This document shows, in pieces, positions 8,401 through 18,475 of a DNA stretch of 64,000 nt. The stretch comes from a virus. The notes below the pieces were generated by a model that was given only the letters and a program-made list of their open reading frames with translations, was not told the origin of the DNA and made no database searches. Made by a program: the position numbers and the translations under genes. Where the stretch lies: the IMG/VR virus record IMGVR_UViG_3300032242_001655, positions 32,079 to 96,078 of that record, one strand, 5' to 3'. Numbering within the stretch: position 1 is the first letter of the stretch; every line of letters begins with the position of its first letter.

Positions 8401-9045
8401 ATGAAAAAGACCAAAATTGCCATTTTCCTCAATCATCCAGAATGTTCCGCACACTGCGCTGTTGGTATGTATGAAGCACTTCATCCAGATTACCATGTAA
8501 AATTTTTCAGTAAAGATCAATTCAAATCCAAAATATTTAGAGAAGCAGATGTTGTTGCCTTTCCAGGCGGCATAGGTGATAGTGATACATTTGACAAACT
8601 GGTAAGACCTAATATGGGATATGTAATAGATCATGTCGATCGTGGTGGAAGATATTTAGGAATCTGTATGGGCGCATATTGGGCAGGGCATCACTACTTT
8701 GATATACTTGATGGCATTAGAGCAGAGCAGTATATCAAACGCCCAGGAGCAGATGTTAGACGTAGTTTTGGAACTGTGTCTAATATAACTTGGAACGGTC
8801 AACAAGAAAACATGTACTTCTACGATGGCTGTAGTCTATTGGGCAACACAAGAAACAGCGAAGTAGTTGCTACCTATCCAAACGGAGATGCTATGGCTGT
8901 AATACAGAATCGTATAGGTGTAATAGGATGTCATCCAGAAGCCCTACCTAGTTGGTATGATAAGAAGCATCTAAAACCTCACTGGCACGAGGCTCGTCAT
9001 CATAAATTACTACACAACTTTGTTGATCAACTCATGCTACAATAA
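8401..9045 (+). CDS. class I glutamine amidotransferase-like protein (BPL_N type)
   Basis: FPGGIGD, YLGICMGAY (nucleophile Cys) and GCHPE. Confidence 0.8.
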   Translation: MKKTKIAIFLNHPECSAHCAVGMYEALHPDYHVKFFSKDQFKSKIFREADVVAFPGGIGDSDTFDKLVRPNMGYVIDHVDRGGRYLGICMGAYWAGHHYFDILDGIRAEQYIKRPGADVRRSFGTVSNITWNGQQENMYFYDGCSLLGNTRNSEVVATYPNGDAMAVIQNRIGVIGCHPEALPSWYDKKHLKPHWHEARHHKLLHNFVDQLMLQ

Positions 9046-9143
9046 ATTTTTCCTATTGTAGTCATAAAAATAATTATTGTAAAAACCTATTGATTTTGAG
9101 TTTTAATAGGATATATAATATATGTACACAGAAAGGAGACATC

Positions 9144-9608
9144 ATGTCCATAACATTAAAAAACTTAGAGGCCGCATTGGCCGGTGAGAGTCAGGCTCAC
9201 ATTAAATATCGCTACTTCGCACGTATTGCTCGTGAAGAAGGTTTTGAAGAAGTTGCCCGTCACTTCGAACATACTGCTGACCAGGAACTTAAACACGCCT
9301 GGGGTCATTTGGAACTACTCATTGGTACTCCAACTACTAAAGAATGTTTACAAAAAGCCATTGAAGGTGAAACTTATGAGTTCACTACAATGTACCCACA
9401 GTTTGAAGCAATTGCTATGAAGGAAGGCGAAGTAAAAGCCGCTGAAGAAGCAAGAGCACAGATCGCAGAATCAAAAGAACATGCCGCTGAATTTGCCGCT
9501 GTTCTTAAGAAAGCAGAAAAGCGTTTTGCCGCTTTGAGTAAGATCGAGCGCCGTCATGCTGAATCGTACCAGGCTAAACTGGATGCGGTGACATTTCCAG
9601 TAATTTAA
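9144..9608 (+). CDS. rbr: rubrerythrin (ferritin-like di-iron protein)
   Basis: NLEAALAGESQA, ELKHA, GETYEFTTMYP and EHA motifs; AAGGAG RBS. Confidence 0.92.
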   Translation: MSITLKNLEAALAGESQAHIKYRYFARIAREEGFEEVARHFEHTADQELKHAWGHLELLIGTPTTKECLQKAIEGETYEFTTMYPQFEAIAMKEGEVKAAEEARAQIAESKEHAAEFAAVLKKAEKRFAALSKIERRHAESYQAKLDAVTFPVI

Positions 9609-9618
9609 GGAGACTATT

Positions 9619-9747
9619 ATGGAATACGTATGTGTAGTTTGTGGACATGTCCACGATGAAGAAACAGAAGGCAAATGGGATGATCTACCAGAAGATTTCC
9701 TTTGCCCAGAATGTGGTTGCGGTAAAGAAGAATACGAAGCAATGTAA
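9619..9747 (+). CDS. rubredoxin (42 aa)
   Basis: MEYVCVVCGHVHDE...WDDLPEDFLCPECG; AAGGAG RBS; not in the ORF track. Confidence 0.9.
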   Translation: MEYVCVVCGHVHDEETEGKWDDLPEDFLCPECGCGKEEYEAM

Positions 9748-9754
9748 AATACGG

Positions 9755-9792
9755 CCCAGCCCTCTATCACTTAGTGATACGGCTGGGTTTTC
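9755..9792 (+). terminator. intrinsic terminator
   Basis: CCCAGC...TATCAC-tta-GTGATA...GCTGGG-TTTT. Confidence 0.6.
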
Positions 9793-9829
9793 TCTTGACT
9801 AATTAGTAATAAGTGTATATACTAAAAAG

Positions 9830-10966
9830 ATGAATAAAGAAGAATTTATAGATAGATTATTTCACTCTCGTGCTGTGTTTGTAGATTGGGACGACACTGA
9901 ATATGTTGTCAGCGACCTAATGAGTCGAGCATGGAAAGAAAGACATGACACAGTCCAGTTAACTGAAACAGTTAACCATGTAGAATACTTTGTTGAATTG
10001 ATGCGAGCAGTATTAGGTGGAGGATATTTGATTCGAGGTACTAAATTGCCTGATTCAAAACCTACAGGTACATATTCATCTTGTACCAGTGGTAGTACAG
10101 GTCGTCCTAAACTAATTTCACACAACTTAGAAAACTTTATTGCTCCTAGTCTAGCAATGAGTTCTACAGAAGCAATGGACGAATCGAGTACATTTTTAGC
10201 ATATCTGCCTACCTCTACTAATGCTGTGTTCAGCGTAGGTATGTTGCCTGCGGCAATAACTGATGGCAGGTGTGTGTTTAAAAAGTTTAACCCATTTCAA
10301 ACAGTAAATGAAATACACAAATATCGCCCAACGCATACTACCTTACCTCCCGGAGTATATACTCCAACAAGCAAAACTAAAGAATGGAAGACAGCGGATC
10401 TTAGCAGTTTAAAATATGTATTAACGGGCAGTAATTTTACTGCTCGTGGCTTCTTTGAAGATATTAAAAGTAAAGGTGGTTGCCCATTTCATGGATACGG
10501 TACAACAGAAATGCCTGCTATTATGAACGCTTACCGAGGCAGTGAGCAACACCTTGGACATATTTGGTATCCAGGAGCAGAATGGAAAGAAGTAGATGGA
10601 GAACTTTGGTGCCGTTGGAATCATATGCCTTGGTGGCAAAGTGGAGACATGATAGAAGTAGATCCTATTCATGGTCCGAGAATCACAGGACGTAAAGATA
10701 ATCAATTTAAATATAGAGATCATAAAATAGTTCCCGAGAGTTATGAACTAACTGCTCGACAACATGAACTAGTAGTTGATGCTATGCTTAAACTAGAAAA
10801 GCATCTAGTGTTATATTATGAAGGAACAGCAAGTCCTGCGGAAGTAGAAGATCTGCTGTTACAACATAATTCTAAAGAAACAATGCCTAAGCAGTTTATT
10901 AAAGTAAATGCCCTACCTCGGTCTAATTTAGGAAAATTAGATCGTAAGGCTAAAATAGAAAGGTAA
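9830..10966 (+). CDS. adenylate-forming (AMP-binding, acyl-CoA synthetase-like) enzyme
   Basis: TSGSTGRPK, GYGTTE, SGD, GRKD and LPRSNLGKLDR. Confidence 0.88.
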   Translation: MNKEEFIDRLFHSRAVFVDWDDTEYVVSDLMSRAWKERHDTVQLTETVNHVEYFVELMRAVLGGGYLIRGTKLPDSKPTGTYSSCTSGSTGRPKLISHNLENFIAPSLAMSSTEAMDESSTFLAYLPTSTNAVFSVGMLPAAITDGRCVFKKFNPFQTVNEIHKYRPTHTTLPPGVYTPTSKTKEWKTADLSSLKYVLTGSNFTARGFFEDIKSKGGCPFHGYGTTEMPAIMNAYRGSEQHLGHIWYPGAEWKEVDGELWCRWNHMPWWQSGDMIEVDPIHGPRITGRKDNQFKYRDHKIVPESYELTARQHELVVDAMLKLEKHLVLYYEGTASPAEVEDLLLQHNSKETMPKQFIKVNALPRSNLGKLDRKAKIER

Positions 10967-10968
10967 TT

Positions 10969-11226
10969 ATGGGAAAAGGATCAAGACCAAGACCGTATAG
11001 TGTTAGCCAAGCACAATTTGGTAATAACTATGACACAATTTTTAGAAAGGAAAAAGAAATGCAAGTAAGAGTACCCGAACCAGGAAAGAAAATTGGAACC
11101 TGCGGCTGTGGCCGTAGCCCAACAGGCGACTGCTGTGGTTGGCATGGCTTGACTGAGGACCAATATAAAGCGACCCTTGAAAAATACATGACCAACGAGC
11201 AAGACACCAAAGGCAAATCGGTTTAA
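10969..11226 (+). CDS. CDGSH-like 2Fe-2S domain protein
   Basis: CGCGRSPTGDCCGWH, a variant of CxCxxS...CDGSH. Confidence 0.6.
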   Translation: MGKGSRPRPYSVSQAQFGNNYDTIFRKEKEMQVRVPEPGKKIGTCGCGRSPTGDCCGWHGLTEDQYKATLEKYMTNEQDTKGKSV

Positions 11227-12197
11227 TGAAACCAATTAAGGAAATCAAGTATTACGGTCCCGTACAAATAACTTGGATCCTTAATCAAGCATGTCCTAGT
11301 CATTGCTGGTATTGTCCTGATCACATACATCGTGGTCGCAATAACAGTTTTGATTGGGACATCTGTTCTAAGTTTTTAGATTTTCTTATAGCCAAATATC
11401 CACATGCAAACATATCGCTCAGTGGTGGTGAGCCCACAACTTGGCCTTACTTTGAACAGTTAATGGACAAAGTATTGGCAGAAGGTCGACGCATTACTGT
11501 ATGTGTAAATTCGAATCTAATTAGAACGAGAGATTGGTGGGGCCGGATGGCTCCTAAGTTGTCAGGTGTGAGTGCCAGTTATCATCCTGATGTTGTAAAG
11601 ACAGATGAAGAACGACAAGACTGGTTTGACAAATTAGACTTTGTTGCCTCACAGGCAGGAACTAATTTACGTATCATGATGGATCCTAAACATTGGGACC
11701 ATTGTGTAGAAGTTATAGAACGTTTAAGAAACAGAACAGATTTACTCTACGGAGTTGAACCTGTTAGATTATTAAACTACTTTGAAGGCTTTCATGTTGT
11801 TAACTATGATATCGACTATACACCTGAGCAGGATCGTAATTTAGGAAACATGAATTTTTTACCTGCTAAGATTAATCCTCCTGCCGCACAAAAGAAACAG
11901 TTTCAAGAACTTGTGGGCATTGTACATGAAGATGGTAGTAGGGCTCGATTAGAACATGTAGGTCCTCTTGTTCTAAACAAGATGAACAAGTTCAAAGGTT
12001 GGAAGTGTAATATAGGAATTGAAAGTCTGTACATTAGTCCAGATGGGCAGATTAAAAGAGGTAATTGTTTTGAAGGTGCTATAATTGGCAATGTGTTAGA
12101 ACCAGAGAAAATCATTTGGGCTAACGAAGCACTTGAATGTTCGTATGATATGTGCCACTGTTTAACTGATATTCGGATATCCAAATGGAGACCTTAA
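11226..12197 (+). CDS. radical SAM protein with a C-terminal SPASM/twitch-like Cys cluster
   Basis: CPSHCWYC (CxxxCxxC), SGGEPT, C..G...YISPDG...C...C..C.C. Confidence 0.9.
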   Translation: MKPIKEIKYYGPVQITWILNQACPSHCWYCPDHIHRGRNNSFDWDICSKFLDFLIAKYPHANISLSGGEPTTWPYFEQLMDKVLAEGRRITVCVNSNLIRTRDWWGRMAPKLSGVSASYHPDVVKTDEERQDWFDKLDFVASQAGTNLRIMMDPKHWDHCVEVIERLRNRTDLLYGVEPVRLLNYFEGFHVVNYDIDYTPEQDRNLGNMNFLPAKINPPAAQKKQFQELVGIVHEDGSRARLEHVGPLVLNKMNKFKGWKCNIGIESLYISPDGQIKRGNCFEGAIIGNVLEPEKIIWANEALECSYDMCHCLTDIRISKWRP

Positions 12198-12261
12198 TTG
12201 GTAAAAAATTCTCTTGCGGTTTTACTGATTTTACCATACAATTAAGTATAGGAGATTTTTT

Positions 12262-12585
12262 ATGAGTTCAGAGCACACAGTCACAGTAATAAAAGAGTAT
12301 TGTAGCCGAGATTCCGGCGACTCGCAAATTTGGAAGAACAAGGATACACAGTATCATTGGAACATTGGACGTTCTACTGCCAATGGTACAATCAATGGTG
12401 TTGTTCGTAAACTAGCAGGTATTGATGCCAGCGGTTATCAAATTTGGGTAGTAGCAGGAAGTCTTAAGATCAATCCAGACGGCAGTATTGCTCGATGGAC
12501 AGGACTTCCACGTGAAACACAAAAGATGGCAGAACGAATGGGCCAACTAAAGATAGAGGCTAAAGAGAAAGTAGAAACAGAATGA
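12262..12585 (+). CDS. hypothetical phage protein
   Basis: ORF with AGGAG RBS. Confidence 0.7.
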   Translation: MSSEHTVTVIKEYCSRDSGDSQIWKNKDTQYHWNIGRSTANGTINGVVRKLAGIDASGYQIWVVAGSLKINPDGSIARWTGLPRETQKMAERMGQLKIEAKEKVETE

Positions 12586-12671
12586 AGTGGTTCTTCGTTC
12601 TACTACTAATATTTCTTGGCCATTGCGGTTGGGCGTTTTTGTTATGTTTTATTTTTATGTTATCGGAGTGA
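12582..12671 (+). CDS. small hydrophobic protein (29 aa)
   Basis: ATGA overlap; fills the gap to the next gene. Confidence 0.4.
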   Translation: MKWFFVLLLIFLGHCGWAFLLCFIFMLSE

Positions 12672-12674
12672 ACT

Positions 12675-13070
12675 ATGAGTATGCATCTTGAAGGACCTTG
12701 GCTTAGTACCACTGGTAAATACAAAGGTAAACGCAAATTCCGTAATGCTGAAGAAGCACGTAAGAGTCGCGAGTTAGACGAGTCGTGGCAGAAAATACTT
12801 AAATCTCAAGGCATTGAAGCAGAAGAGCGTAAACGCAAAAGAGCAATGTCGGCTGAGACATTGACTTATAAATTGTCAGCACCTGAAGGCCGTGGCAATA
12901 CCGCTCATATTAAAAGCCGAGGTGATTACACAGGCAATGCTACAATGCCCGCTCCTAAGGTATATACAGGTACAAAGGTAAAAGGTATTGCTACGATGCA
13001 CAAATCAAATGCTGTTCCTGTTTTTTCTGACGAAGAAGCAGTTGATATTTCAAGAATGCGTCGAGGTTAA
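12675..13070 (+). CDS. conserved T4-like phage hypothetical protein
   Basis: C-terminal YTGT..KGIATMHKSNAVPVF motif. Confidence 0.7.
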   Translation: MSMHLEGPWLSTTGKYKGKRKFRNAEEARKSRELDESWQKILKSQGIEAEERKRKRAMSAETLTYKLSAPEGRGNTAHIKSRGDYTGNATMPAPKVYTGTKVKGIATMHKSNAVPVFSDEEAVDISRMRRG

Positions 13071-13071
13071 T

Positions 13072-13584
13072 ATGCCTAAAAAAATGTCTACATCAGAGCG
13101 ATATAACGAACCGTGGTATTCTAAACGTGTTAAAAACAATCGTATCATTGTAAATTTTTTAATTGAAAAAATTTTTGAACATCGCGAAAAAGATTTTCCG
13201 TGGACTCGAGAAGACCTACGGTATCTTAAGTATGAAGACTTACTTGAAATCGCTGTTGCCGCCGCAAATAAAAAAACACATATTTTGCTAGGAGCAAATA
13301 GAGATTTTAGCAATAATGCAGATAGTAAGTTCTCTATAGTAAGAATTAACGGCAAAGAAAACAAATCATATTCTGCTTTGATAACTGGATGTGAGAAAAA
13401 AGAACATATTTTAGCCTGTGTTTTTGAAGAACATCTTGAAAAGTTTTATTTCTTTTCTTTCCCAGCCCGCCTTAAACAACATACAATACCATTTGATCCT
13501 AACACATATGAACCTAAAACAGATAATTATATGTGGGAATACGAACGCACTACATTCGAATCCATGGCAAGATCTGTCCAATAA
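13072..13584 (+). CDS. hypothetical protein
   Basis: ORF; start at MPKK after GAGG. Confidence 0.6.
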   Translation: MPKKMSTSERYNEPWYSKRVKNNRIIVNFLIEKIFEHREKDFPWTREDLRYLKYEDLLEIAVAAANKKTHILLGANRDFSNNADSKFSIVRINGKENKSYSALITGCEKKEHILACVFEEHLEKFYFFSFPARLKQHTIPFDPNTYEPKTDNYMWEYERTTFESMARSVQ

Positions 13585-13593
13585 ACAACCTCT

Positions 13594-14976
13594 ATGAAAC
13601 CTACACTAAATGAAAAATTTATAGCCTACCTGGCTTTACTAAGTGGCTTATCAATATCAGCAGTAGCAGTCTACTATTCAGTAGCAGGACTTACTGCTAT
13701 TTTCTCTGCGGCAGTTATTCCCATTATTATTATGGGCACTGTTTTAGAATTGAGTAAATTGGTTGCCACAGTTTGGTTAAAACAAAATTGGTCGATAGCA
13801 CCCTTGACAATTAAAGTATATATGACTGTTGCGGTTATTGTACTGATGATGATTACTTCAATGGGTATCTTTGGCTATCTATCAAAAGCACACAATGATC
13901 AAAATCTTGTAAGCGGGGATGTCGCCGCAAAGATAGCAGTATATGATGAAAAGATAAAAACTGAAAAGGACAATATAGATGCTAATCGTAAGATACTCAA
14001 ACAACTTGATGAAGGCGTGGACCAAGTTATGGCACGCTCACAAGATGAAAAAGGTGCGGACAAAGCAGTTGCTATTCGAAAGGCCCAACAGAAAGATCGT
14101 AGTCGAATTAGCCAAGAGATTATTCAATCCCAAAAAACCATTGCTACTCTTAACGATGAGAGAGCGCCTATTGCGGCAGAGGTACGTAAGGTCGAAGCAG
14201 AGGTAGGACCTGTCAAATATATAGCGGCTTTTATATATGGAGCCAATCCAGACTCGTCGATCCTTGAAAGAGCAGTTACTTGGATTATTATTCTTATTGT
14301 GATTGTATTTGATCCATTAGCAGTTATATTATTGTTAGCAAGTCAAATCAGTTTCCAAAGTTTCAGAGAAAAGAGAGATTGGATTGACGATCAAGCAGAA
14401 GAACTAACAGAAGCATTCAACGCTCCAGACCCTTATGTTGCAGAAGTCGGCGAAAAACCCACAGCAGATGAAATCGAGTCTGTAGAGTTAGAATGGAAAG
14501 AAGCAGGACCAGAACCCGCATATGAACAAGATGACGGCCCATTAACTGAACAGCAGATTGAACAACTGGAAGAATCAGTTAAATTGGCAGATCCAGGTGA
14601 GCATCCTAAAGATAATTTACAATACGAATTCCTGGATGAAGAACACGACCCTGAATTTGTAGATGAAGGTCCAAATTTTGAAGGTGTAAAAGTTGATGGA
14701 GAGTGGATTCAGACCGGCCCTACATTTGAAGAGATTACTCCTCCGGAGCCTCCTCAAACTGTAGAACATCCAAGCGGAGAATATGTAACCATTAACGGAG
14801 AGCGTTTCCATAAACGTGCTGTACCAAGAGGCTACGTTCAAAATGAAGAACAACAAGAAGGTGGCAAATGGAAAGAGATAACTAAGGCTACACAAATAAC
14901 AGAACAAGAATATATTGAAAAGGCCAAAGAACAGCGTGAAAAAAATAACCCTAATAACACCACCGGACTTTTATGA
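13594..14976 (+). CDS. membrane protein with a coiled coil and acidic tail
   Basis: Three N-terminal TM segments, TSMGIFGYLSKAH, EAEVGPVKYIA, VFDPLAV. Confidence 0.75.
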   Translation: MKPTLNEKFIAYLALLSGLSISAVAVYYSVAGLTAIFSAAVIPIIIMGTVLELSKLVATVWLKQNWSIAPLTIKVYMTVAVIVLMMITSMGIFGYLSKAHNDQNLVSGDVAAKIAVYDEKIKTEKDNIDANRKILKQLDEGVDQVMARSQDEKGADKAVAIRKAQQKDRSRISQEIIQSQKTIATLNDERAPIAAEVRKVEAEVGPVKYIAAFIYGANPDSSILERAVTWIIILIVIVFDPLAVILLLASQISFQSFREKRDWIDDQAEELTEAFNAPDPYVAEVGEKPTADEIESVELEWKEAGPEPAYEQDDGPLTEQQIEQLEESVKLADPGEHPKDNLQYEFLDEEHDPEFVDEGPNFEGVKVDGEWIQTGPTFEEITPPEPPQTVEHPSGEYVTINGERFHKRAVPRGYVQNEEQQEGGKWKEITKATQITEQEYIEKAKEQREKNNPNNTTGLL

Positions 14977-15328
14977 GAATGACACCTATAGTATTTTATT
15001 AATAGGTATCACTGAGTTAGAGCAAGACCAAATAAGTCATCAATTAGGTCAATTAGAATCAGACATACCGCTTAACATTTATTATTTTCAAGGCGAAAAT
15101 AATATGGAGTGGTTGTTGTTTGCATTAAATAGATGTGACGCTGTATATATAAATGCTGACGCTGGCACAGACTTAGTCAAGTGGTTAGCCAGTTACATGT
15201 TAGGAAAATCAAATGTCTGGTACTCTACTTCTGATAAAGAGTTGAAAGCATTGTTTTCATACATTAATCAGAAGTGGGTACCTGATATTAAAAAGTTTAT
15301 AGAGGTTCAATTTGACAACAAGAAATAA
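14936..15328 (+). CDS. hypothetical protein
   Basis: ORF; GTG start assumed. Confidence 0.6.
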   Translation: MKKITLITPPDFYENDTYSILLIGITELEQDQISHQLGQLESDIPLNIYYFQGENNMEWLLFALNRCDAVYINADAGTDLVKWLASYMLGKSNVWYSTSDKELKALFSYINQKWVPDIKKFIEVQFDNKK

Positions 15329-16553
15329 AGATCCACATTGCTCGTTTTGTGGTAAAGAAAAGAACACAGTTGAAAAACTTATTGTAGGTGCTGAAGATAT
15401 AGGTATTTGTAATGACTGTGTTGACTTGTGCGTGGATATTCTAAAAGATGAGAAAGTTAAAAAGTTTCCACTTGAAGAAAAGAAACATTACAATCCTGTT
15501 AAGATCAAAGACTATCTTGATCAATACATTATTGGACAAGACGAAGCAAAGATAAGTTTGAGTGTAGCAGTTTGCCAACACTTCAAACGTATCAATCACC
15601 CTGACAAAGACATTGAATTAGAAAAGACCAATGTGCTTGTATTAGGTCCAACTGGTTGTGGTAAAACAATGTTGGCTAAGAAGATCGCAGAATATCTGGA
15701 TATTCCTTTTGCCATCTGTGATGCCACTGGACTAACCGAAGCAGGTTATGTAGGTGATGATGTAGAAAGTGTTCTTACTCGTCTAATCAATATAGCCGAT
15801 GGAGATGTTGAGAAAGCACAGCGTGGTATTATCTATATCGACGAAATTGACAAACTTGCTCGAAAAGGCGAAAGCATGAGCATTACACGAGATGTTTCAG
15901 GTGAAGGTGTACAACAGGCTTTGCTTAAAATGGTTGAAGGGTCTGTGTGTAGGGTTCCTGCTGGAGACAAGCGCAAGCACCCAAAGGGTGATATGCTTGA
16001 AATTGATACCAGCAAGATCTTATTCATCTGCGGCGGCGCTTTTGTCGGTATTGATAAAATCATTCAACGCAGACGAGGTTCAAAAGGCGTAGGCTTTGGT
16101 GCTACAATTAAAACCAAAGAAGAAGAAAACGTAGATGTATTCAAACACCATACTACTAAGGATCTTATCAGTTATGGAATGATTCCGGAATTTGTGGGAC
16201 GTTTTGGTATCACAGTTAGTGTTGAAAAATTAACAGAAGAACAGTTAGTTCAAATTCTAAAAGAACCAAAGAACAGTCTTATCAAACAGTATCAATACAT
16301 CTTTGAATTAGATGGACTTGGACTTACATTTGAAGACTCTGCTCTTAAAGAAATTGCTCATAAGGCTACAGAATTAGATACTAATGCTCGTGGATTAAAA
16401 AGTATATTGGAAAAAATCTTATTGCCTTACCAATTTGATGCTGTAGATTTACGTCAAAACGGTTTAACCAATATAAATATCACATTAGATGCTGTAAATG
16501 AACAACCAGCAGAATTAACATTTGAAACCGAACACAATGAGAAAATCAAATAG
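15312..16553 (+). CDS. clpX: ATP-dependent Clp protease ATP-binding subunit ClpX
   Basis: CSFCGK...CNDC zinc finger, [33 protein letters not shown] and a VGFG ClpP-docking loop. Confidence 0.97.
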   Translation: MTTRNKDPHCSFCGKEKNTVEKLIVGAEDIGICNDCVDLCVDILKDEKVKKFPLEEKKHYNPVKIKDYLDQYIIGQDEAKISLSVAVCQHFKRINHPDKDIELEKTNVLVLGPTGCGKTMLAKKIAEYLDIPFAICDATGLTEAGYVGDDVESVLTRLINIADGDVEKAQRGIIYIDEIDKLARKGESMSITRDVSGEGVQQALLKMVEGSVCRVPAGDKRKHPKGDMLEIDTSKILFICGGAFVGIDKIIQRRRGSKGVGFGATIKTKEEENVDVFKHHTTKDLISYGMIPEFVGRFGITVSVEKLTEEQLVQILKEPKNSLIKQYQYIFELDGLGLTFEDSALKEIAHKATELDTNARGLKSILEKILLPYQFDAVDLRQNGLTNINITLDAVNEQPAELTFETEHNEKIK

Positions 16554-16767
16554 TCGTGGCCCAACCGTGGAGGTTAGAGATGCCAATATTAATGTTGCCC
16601 TGAGGAAACTCAAAAAGAAAGTTGAAGAGGGCGGAGTTCTACTTGAAGTTTTAGCCAATCAACATTTTGAAAAGCCCACCACAGAGCGTAAGCGTAAAAA
16701 GGGTGCGGCCCGTGCCCGTTGGCTTAAAAAACTACGCGATAACGAATTACCTAAAAAATTGTATTGA
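16537..16767 (+). CDS. rpsU: 30S ribosomal protein bS21
   Basis: [24 protein letters not shown]....[15 protein letters not shown]. Confidence 0.9.
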   Translation: MRKSNSRGPTVEVRDANINVALRKLKKKVEEGGVLLEVLANQHFEKPTTERKRKKGAARARWLKKLRDNELPKKLY

Positions 16768-16814
16768 CTTTGGTATAAAAATGTAGTATAATAGTTTTTT
16801 AACGAAAGAAACTA

Positions 16815-17399
16815 ATGAAACAAACCAAAATTGATCAAATTGTAGCAGATATTAAAACATTCGATTGGCAAAAAGTTATCGACTATGCTAACAGTTTGGG
16901 TTCACAATTTAATGATGCCCAGTGGCGATTCCTTAAAGGACTTATCTTAGAAAGGGCCGCCGAAATTCATTCTAATGATTCTACATTCAAATATGTTGGA
17001 GAAACACACTGCGATTTCCGATGGGGGAAATACAAGATTACAGTAGAGCAAAAGAGTAAGACAGCAGGTAAGTTTTATACCAAAAAGAATAAACTCAAAA
17101 AAACAATTAGTTTTATTCTTACTAATAGTTATGGAACCAACAACACAGATAAAATTTCTAGCACTTCTGTTTCGGATGTTCTTATTGGAATTGCAAGTGA
17201 TGGAGTAGTGTTTGCATCAAAAGATACTGTACTCAAATATCTAAAAGAAAATGGTGATGGATTTGTTGTTAATATTCCAGCAACCGAAATTGTTGAAATA
17301 ACCGGCCATACTACTCAAAAAGTAAAATACGAAAGCAAATTGGCTGAAAAGATTATTGAAGCAATTGACGAAGAAATTATTCGCTTGACAAAACAATAA
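16815..17399 (+). CDS. hypothetical protein (possible PD-(D/E)XK nuclease fold)
   Basis: E...D...VEQK spacing; TTGACT...TATAAT promoter upstream. Confidence 0.5.
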   Translation: MKQTKIDQIVADIKTFDWQKVIDYANSLGSQFNDAQWRFLKGLILERAAEIHSNDSTFKYVGETHCDFRWGKYKITVEQKSKTAGKFYTKKNKLKKTISFILTNSYGTNNTDKISSTSVSDVLIGIASDGVVFASKDTVLKYLKENGDGFVVNIPATEIVEITGHTTQKVKYESKLAEKIIEAIDEEIIRLTKQ

Positions 17400-17439
17400 T
17401 TCTATGTTATAATAGTGTTTTATAACACAGAAAGATAAT

Positions 17440-17970
17440 ATGGCTAAGCACATGATGATTGACTTAGAGACTATGGCAGTCTCTCCAAATGCAGTAGTTC
17501 TAACATTAGGTGCAGTACATTTTAATCCCTACGGCAATGGGTATAGTGACAAACTATATCTACGTTTTGATCTCGATGATCAAGATAAGTTAGGACGTGA
17601 AATTGATCCAAATACACTTGAGTGGTGGGCTAAACAAGATCCTAAAGTTATGGAAGAAGCATTTAGTCCAGATGATCGTGTACCATTAGTAGATGCTATG
17701 GATCAGTTCCATAAGTTTGCATGGGGCTGTACAGCCTTTTGGGCTCATGGTAGTTTGTTCGACATTGCTATCTTAGAAAATATATATCGTCAATTGGTAC
17801 GTACTCCACCTTGGCAATATTGGCAGATCCGCGATACACGTACAATCTTTGATTTAGGGTATGATCCAGATATGCCTAAAGCCAGTAAGCACGATGCTCT
17901 ACAGGATGCTATTCGTCAGTCAGTAGGTGTTCAAAATGTATACTCAAAATTGAAGATAAAAGAGCGGTAA
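17440..17970 (+). CDS. DEDDh 3'-5' exonuclease (RNase AS/ExoVIII-like)
   Basis: MIDLET, FDIAILE, RDTRT and HDALQDA. Confidence 0.88.
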   Translation: MAKHMMIDLETMAVSPNAVVLTLGAVHFNPYGNGYSDKLYLRFDLDDQDKLGREIDPNTLEWWAKQDPKVMEEAFSPDDRVPLVDAMDQFHKFAWGCTAFWAHGSLFDIAILENIYRQLVRTPPWQYWQIRDTRTIFDLGYDPDMPKASKHDALQDAIRQSVGVQNVYSKLKIKER

Positions 17971-18036
17971 ATTATCCAAAGATGTAAACTAAATATTAAT
18001 CTAAAGCGTTATAGTATTATAACCGAGGAGAAAATT

Positions 18037-18342
18037 ATGAAGAAACTCTTATTGGCATTATCAATGTTATGTGTTGTAGGTACAGCCGGTGCACAATGGC
18101 ATCATGGTTATCATGGCTGTTGCTATAGAGGTGGTTACGGCGGTGGATGGGTTGCTCCTGCTCTTATTGGCGGAGTAATTGGATATGAACTAAGCAGACC
18201 TCAAACAGTTTATGTTGAACCCCAACCAGTGATTGTACAACCTCCTGTGAGCGTAGTGCAACAACCTCCAATTGGATACCATTGGCAAGAAATGATTGAT
18301 CCTGCAACAAACACAAAGAAAATTGTATTAGTACCAAATTAA
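18037..18342 (+). CDS. secreted Gly/Pro-rich small protein
   Basis: Signal peptide, GGWVAPALIGGVIGY, PxV repeats; GAGGAG RBS. Confidence 0.7.
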   Translation: MKKLLLALSMLCVVGTAGAQWHHGYHGCCYRGGYGGGWVAPALIGGVIGYELSRPQTVYVEPQPVIVQPPVSVVQQPPIGYHWQEMIDPATNTKKIVLVPN

Positions 18343-18343
18343 T

Positions 18344-18475
18344 ATGAAACTAAGAAAACTTCGCAAAAAATTATATCAGGCTATTTTTGAACACAAAGTA
18401 GAAAAAGAGAAAAAAGTTTGGTTCAAGATTCTTAAAAAATCCGTTAAACATAAACATACAGAAGATATAAGGTAA
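18344..18475 (+). CDS. small basic hypothetical protein (43 aa)
   Basis: Read by eye; exactly fills the intergenic gap. Confidence 0.5.
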   Translation: MKLRKLRKKLYQAIFEHKVEKEKKVWFKILKKSVKHKHTEDIR

